DNA of 64,000 bases from Clostridia bacterium. GTDB taxonomy: Bacteria; Bacillota; Clostridia; Christensenellales; UBA1242. Location of the stretch: assembly GCA_045588915.1 (NCBI GenBank), contig JAZNFA010000002.1, forward strand, positions 12,878 through 76,877, read 5' to 3'. Shown here in pieces: positions 32,201 to 38,200 of the stretch. Position 1 is the stretch's first letter. Each line of letters starts with the position of its first letter. Under the pieces are notes generated by a model. It was given only the letters and a program-made list of their open reading frames with translations. It searched no databases and had not been told where the DNA came from. The position numbers and the translations under genes are program-made.

Positions 32201-35200
32201 TAGTGGTGAAAATGAATATGAGTTCTTTGCTGTTAATGTTGTAAATCCTGGTCGTCAAAACTTGATGTTAGGTTTCACTCTACGCAGTAGTGCAAGAATA
32301 TTGACACAATGGATTGATGTACGTATTCCATACACACAAGATGTTGATGGTAAAATTGAATGGGGTTATTATTCATTAAAAATTAAGCCAGTATTGTTTG
32401 AAATTAAGAGCTGGAAACTTAAAGTTGATGGTGAATTGGTAGATTCAGTAACTTTGGATGATGCTGCTGTTGAATTGTATTTTTCACCTGAAATTGTGAG
32501 TGGTCCATTGGATCAAATCCATTATACGTTAGATGAATTGAATTATATCAATAATGCAATTAGGCGTTTGGAATTAGAAATCAATACTTATGATCCACGT
32601 ATTAGTGATGGTTATACTTATATGGTAATTAACAACACTGCACAAGAAGGTCATCAAGTTAACTATACAATTTTCCGTGAAAATAGTACTAATACATCGT
32701 ATTTCTTACGTGACAGTTCGGATGAATCAACAACTGTAATGCAACTTTCTGCGAATATTGCTTATGGCGTAAATGATTTCAGTAAAGAGTTTGTTGAAGG
32801 TGCGCAAGCAGTAACTTCATACTCGAATAGTGAAAATGCAAAACGCGTAACTGGTCAAATTTCGGTTTATACCACCAAACAAAGTAATTCGACTACGGCT
32901 AGTGACCGTTCGACTGTGTTTATCACGCAAGATAATGCGTCACTTTTGATGAAATTAAATGAAAATGTTGACTACATATTGATGAGTGATATTTACTTGT
33001 TTAAAATTCCTGGATTAACTAATGGTAAATGGAAACCTGTTGATTTCCCAAGTAACGCAACTCTTGATGGTAATAACCATAAAATTTATTTCAATAATAT
33101 TGGTTTTGATTTGAGCGATAATCCAAATGAAATTGGTTTGTTTAAAATAATTCCAACCGATTCAGTAATTAAAAATGTTCAGATTGTTTTAGAACACGGT
33201 GTTGATGATCCAAATACTGCAAGTATTAACGAGGGGATAACTGTTTTAGAAGCTAATTTGGAAAACTATGGTGCAGGTGCTGTCAATGTTGGTCTTTTAG
33301 CTGGTATCAATAATGGTATTATTACGAACTGTGCGATATTGTCAGAATGGCAATTTACTATGCGTGATTTATCTAAGATTGTTAATCCAACACTTGGAAA
33401 TAATGAAAAATTCAAGAGTGATTTACCATTTAACAAAGATGGTTATATGTTCGATGACAAGTATTTCTATAAATTAAACGCAGATCATACGGCAGTTGAA
33501 CAAGTTTATAATGAATTTGGTTATGGAATTACTAAAAATGAGACAACTGGTGTTTGGGAAATTGAGTATGACCAATGGCATAATGTTAAAAATTGGATTA
33601 CTCCAGATCGTACTGTTGTTGCCCATTATGATGATTACAGTCCAATTATGCAAAAATTCAACCCATTAGAAAATAATCAAAGTGAAGGGGATACGACTAA
33701 TAAATTTGCAATTATTGATAGTGTTTCAGCAGCTAAATTCTATGTGTATGCTAATAATAAAGAATTGAGTGTTACTCTTGGTGGTTTAGTTGGTACAAAC
33801 TCTTATATGATTACCAATAGTCGTGTTTTGATTGACGTTGAATTATATGGTCCAAAAGATACGACTAATTCAAGCGCAATGGATGAAGTTAACGTCCTTG
33901 ATTCAATTGTTGGTGGTATAGTTGGGGTAAATATGGGTACAATCACGACAAGTTATTATCGTGACGGTACTGTTACTAACAACGCAAATGCAGATACATT
34001 ACAAGGGCATACAAGCTTGTTGGGTGGTTTTGTTGGTCAGAATAATGGTATCATTCAACAATCTTACGCAATGGGACGTTCAACTGAACGTGAACGTTCA
34101 ATTAACCATATTTCAACTGCTGGTGCTGTTAAAACAATTCGTAACTCGCTTGGTGGTTTTGTCCACCTTAACAGTGGTACAATTACTGATTGTTTGGTTA
34201 ATATGGTTATTTACAAAACTGGTACAGAAGGTTCAGCTGGTGGTTTTGTTTATCAAAACACATCAAAGGGTGTAATTAGTAATTGTATTGAAAATAACAA
34301 CATCATTTTACAAAGTGGTGGTACTTTCGATTACTATTCACCGTTTGTTGTTATCAATGGCGATAAAGATCCTGGTAAAATCGTAACCACAAACTTATCG
34401 AATTTGATTTATGCAGGTAATGCAGAAAGTATTAGTTTTAGTGCTGACTGGGATGGTGTTTTAAAACATTTGTCGAACAATAGCACATTAAAATATGACC
34501 ATATAGCAAACTATGAAGGTTTCTCAATGGGAATGGATAACAGTGATGTCATTTCAGCAGATAATACAATTTGGGAAATGACAGAACTTGGACCTGTTTT
34601 ACGTGCAGCAAATGAAATTGCGATTAGTTATCGTAAGTACACATGGAACTCTTCACCTTATCTTTACAATCCAGGAACAGAAAAAAATCCTTACCTTGTT
34701 TGGACAGAAGACCAATTTAATGATTATGTTTATGGTGCAACACCACAAGCAACACAAGCAGATAAAGAAACAAGAGTCACAAATATTGAAAAAAATCGTC
34801 AAAATAACCATTTACGTTTGGTTGATAATGTTACATTGAATGGTATTAAAGATACATATAAAATTATTTATACTGGTACTTTTGAAGGTAATGGCTTGAC
34901 GATGGATGGTATAGGTTTGGATACCGTTACCAATGATTTAGCTGTAATGGGCTTGTTCGGTAAGACAGAATATGCGACAATTCGTAACATTAACTTTGGT
35001 ATAGGTAATATCAATTCAACGGCTCGTTATGTTGGTGGTATTGCAGGTATTGCTATCAATACAGACTTTGTTGATGTTAAAGTTTCAAGTTCAAAATCTA
35101 ATGAAGTAATTAAAGGTGCAAATATTGTTGGCGGTTTTGTTGGTTTGAACGTTGTTAATGACTCCGAAGTTGAAAATTATAATCTTTATGGTTCAGTTTC

Positions 35201-38200
35201 GGTAACTGCTAATTTCCACAACCAACAAACTGATGTTGGCGCAAATCTCTTTGGTTCAGGTAAAGAATATTGTCAACAAACATTGTATGCTAAAGTCGAA
35301 GGTGCAGATATTTATTATGAACAAGGTTTTGGTACAGCAGGTGCAATTTTCGGGTTTGTTACATCTAATCCAAATAATTACCGTATAGTTAATTCAAATG
35401 GTACTGAAGAAATTGTAGCTCGTAAATTTGAAAAAGAAATTATTAAACAATCAGCAGATGGTGAGATTTATTACCAAGACAAGCCACATAGCTATAATAC
35501 AGAAAAAACATGGTTCTTAAAAGATCGTATGGGTAAGGAAATTAATGATACCAATGTTTATTACAGAGATATCATAGTCTTACAAAATGTCGGTGGTGCA
35601 GTTAAAGATGTTTCGGCTAATGTTGCTGGTGGTTTAATCGGTATTATGGATGAAACCATTCACTTGCAAAAACCAAATCTAGTTAGCTTGAATAGTTTGA
35701 GTGGTAAATATTACTTAGGTGGTATCGTTGGTATTAACCTTGGTAAAATTTCTGGTGAGGTTGCTAAGAATAATGAAGGTGTTGTAACAAGTACGTATTC
35801 GACGGCAGATTTAGGCTCAAAATGGACAGTTTTAAGTTCATCAGGTGAATCATATGTTTACCGTGATAATAACTCAGTTGAAAATGCAAATAAAGTTTGG
35901 GGTATGACAGTTGGTGCAATTGCAGGTTCTAACGATGGTTTCTATGGAAATATTAACAGTGGTGTCATTGAAAATATTCACGTCAATGTTAATGTTTTAG
36001 GCGCAAGCAGTAGTACTAAACAATATGTAATTGGTGGTGTTGTTGGTGCTAATGGTAACTATGGTTTAATTGATAATGCAATTAACACCAATAATACGGT
36101 AGCCTTAAACACAGTTCGCGTTAACGCATCGCAAGTACAAAAAATTGGTTATTACTTTGGTCAAATTGTTGGTTACAGTAGTGTTACAAACAGTTCATTT
36201 ACTGGTACTAACACAACTCGTATGACATTGTTACAAGTTTTAGTTCCAGAAAATTTAGGTAAATCTTATGTTAATGCTGAAGATTTCTCAACAAAAAATT
36301 ACAAAGGCGAGATTTCAAATGCTTTTGGTATTGTTGATGGTGAAACCTTAAAAATGCAAACAATGACTTTGGAAGAATATAAAAAATATTTATTAACAAC
36401 CATCACAAGTAAAGATTTGGCTACACGCGTGGAAATGTTAGAACCATGGTTACGTAGCCTACCAACAGTAGTAACTAAACGTTATATGTCAGATGGTCAA
36501 GAAGTTCGCGTAGAGTTGTTTGACGAAAGTGCTAAACAAGAATTATTAAATTGGATTACTGAAAATCAAATCTTCGAAAAATGGGATTTCCAACATCAAA
36601 ATCTAACAGGTAAAGCAATGTCGAATTATAAGAGTTACATTGCTTACAGCTCTGTCAGTGACAAATTATCAACAGTTGAGAGTGAAAATGACTTTATTGA
36701 TAACATCAATAAATATCGTCAACAACGTTATAACAATGCTTATGAGTTCTTCACATATCAATACCGTGTCAGTGGTGGTATTTCAAGCGCACATAATATT
36801 GATTTCACATGGGATCAATATGAAAAATATTTATTATTCAAAAAATATGCAACTTCAACAGATGTTGCAACAGGCAGTGATTTATATATAAAATTGAGAG
36901 ACACGTATAATGAAGATTTTGCTAATATGGTTTATCCATATAATGTCTGGGCTGAATATGCAACGGTTAAAGATAAAAATGGTAACGATACAAACCAAAA
37001 ACAAGTGGTCATTATTAACAACAATAAGATTTTCTGTGAAATGGTTGCTGGTTTAGAGAAAGATAATAGCCTTAAATTTACGAACAAAGACCCATTGCAA
37101 ATTTACATTAACTATACTGTTCAATCAAGATTGGAAGAAAACCCTTTTGCTCAAATGCAATTAGCACAATATTATTATTATATGGGTAACTTGTATGGTC
37201 AAAGATATGAAGATTATGGTTACTCTGTTCCTGGTAATTTCGAAGCAACAGGTGGCAAAGGTTACAGTTCATACTTGTCTTTGAATGCATTGTTTGAAGG
37301 AAACACGGCAGCATTATTAACCGTTTCAGAATTTATTTATATGATGGATCACGAAGAAGAAATCGTTGTATCGAACGAATTGGCATGGGTTAAAACAGGA
37401 CACTTAGGTGGTGGTAACGCTCGTATCAGCAGTATTGGTGCGTTAGAACTTGGTTGGGTAAGCCAAACAGGTTCTTACAATAACTCTGAATTGAATTGGA
37501 AAGATAATTATCAAGATATTCAAAACGCAATTACAGAAAAAGATGGCGTAATTTCATATACAAATAACAGCAATACTACGTATGAATGGAAGGCTTTGAA
37601 TAATTATATAACTGCAAAAGTTAGTGCTGGTTTGACAATTGCCAAATATAAAGAAATTATTACTTTGGGTGGTACTTTGTATGACTTGATCAATAGTTAT
37701 CAAAATGACGGTACAAATGCTACAGACGAATATATTTTTGCTTTGAAAGCTGAACAATATAATTGGACACAACAACAAGCTAGTTTTGTTAAAAATAATT
37801 ATGCTGTTTCAAATGGTACAAATGTTACCTATGATATGCAATATGCCTTGTCGGCAACCACTTATGGTAATGTCATCACAACATTGGCAAATGGTAACGT
37901 CCGTGCTGTGTACAAAACTGATGCTCAACATCTTGATGTTAATAATAATTGGTTTACTGATAACAATGGCGACGGCATCCAACAAGCTGGTGAGCCAGTT
38001 GGTATTTATGCGTTCCCACCTTATGACGGCAACACACAATTTGTCAATGGTGATGGTCAAGTCTACTATTTCTTCAGAGCAGAATCTTATGTTTTGGGCG
38101 CGCATGGCAATATCGGTGCAGCAATATATATCGACACAGACGGTAATAAATTATTCGGTGAAGTTGTTGTTGATGAAGGAGCATCGCTTTCTACAGGAAC

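Noticed and set aside
25150-32950. A CRISPR array or DNA tandem repeat
   Set aside because: The periodicity exists only at protein-motif level, with variable 606-792-nt spacing and no conserved DNA repeat. No CRISPR-like short direct repeats were seen anywhere in the window.
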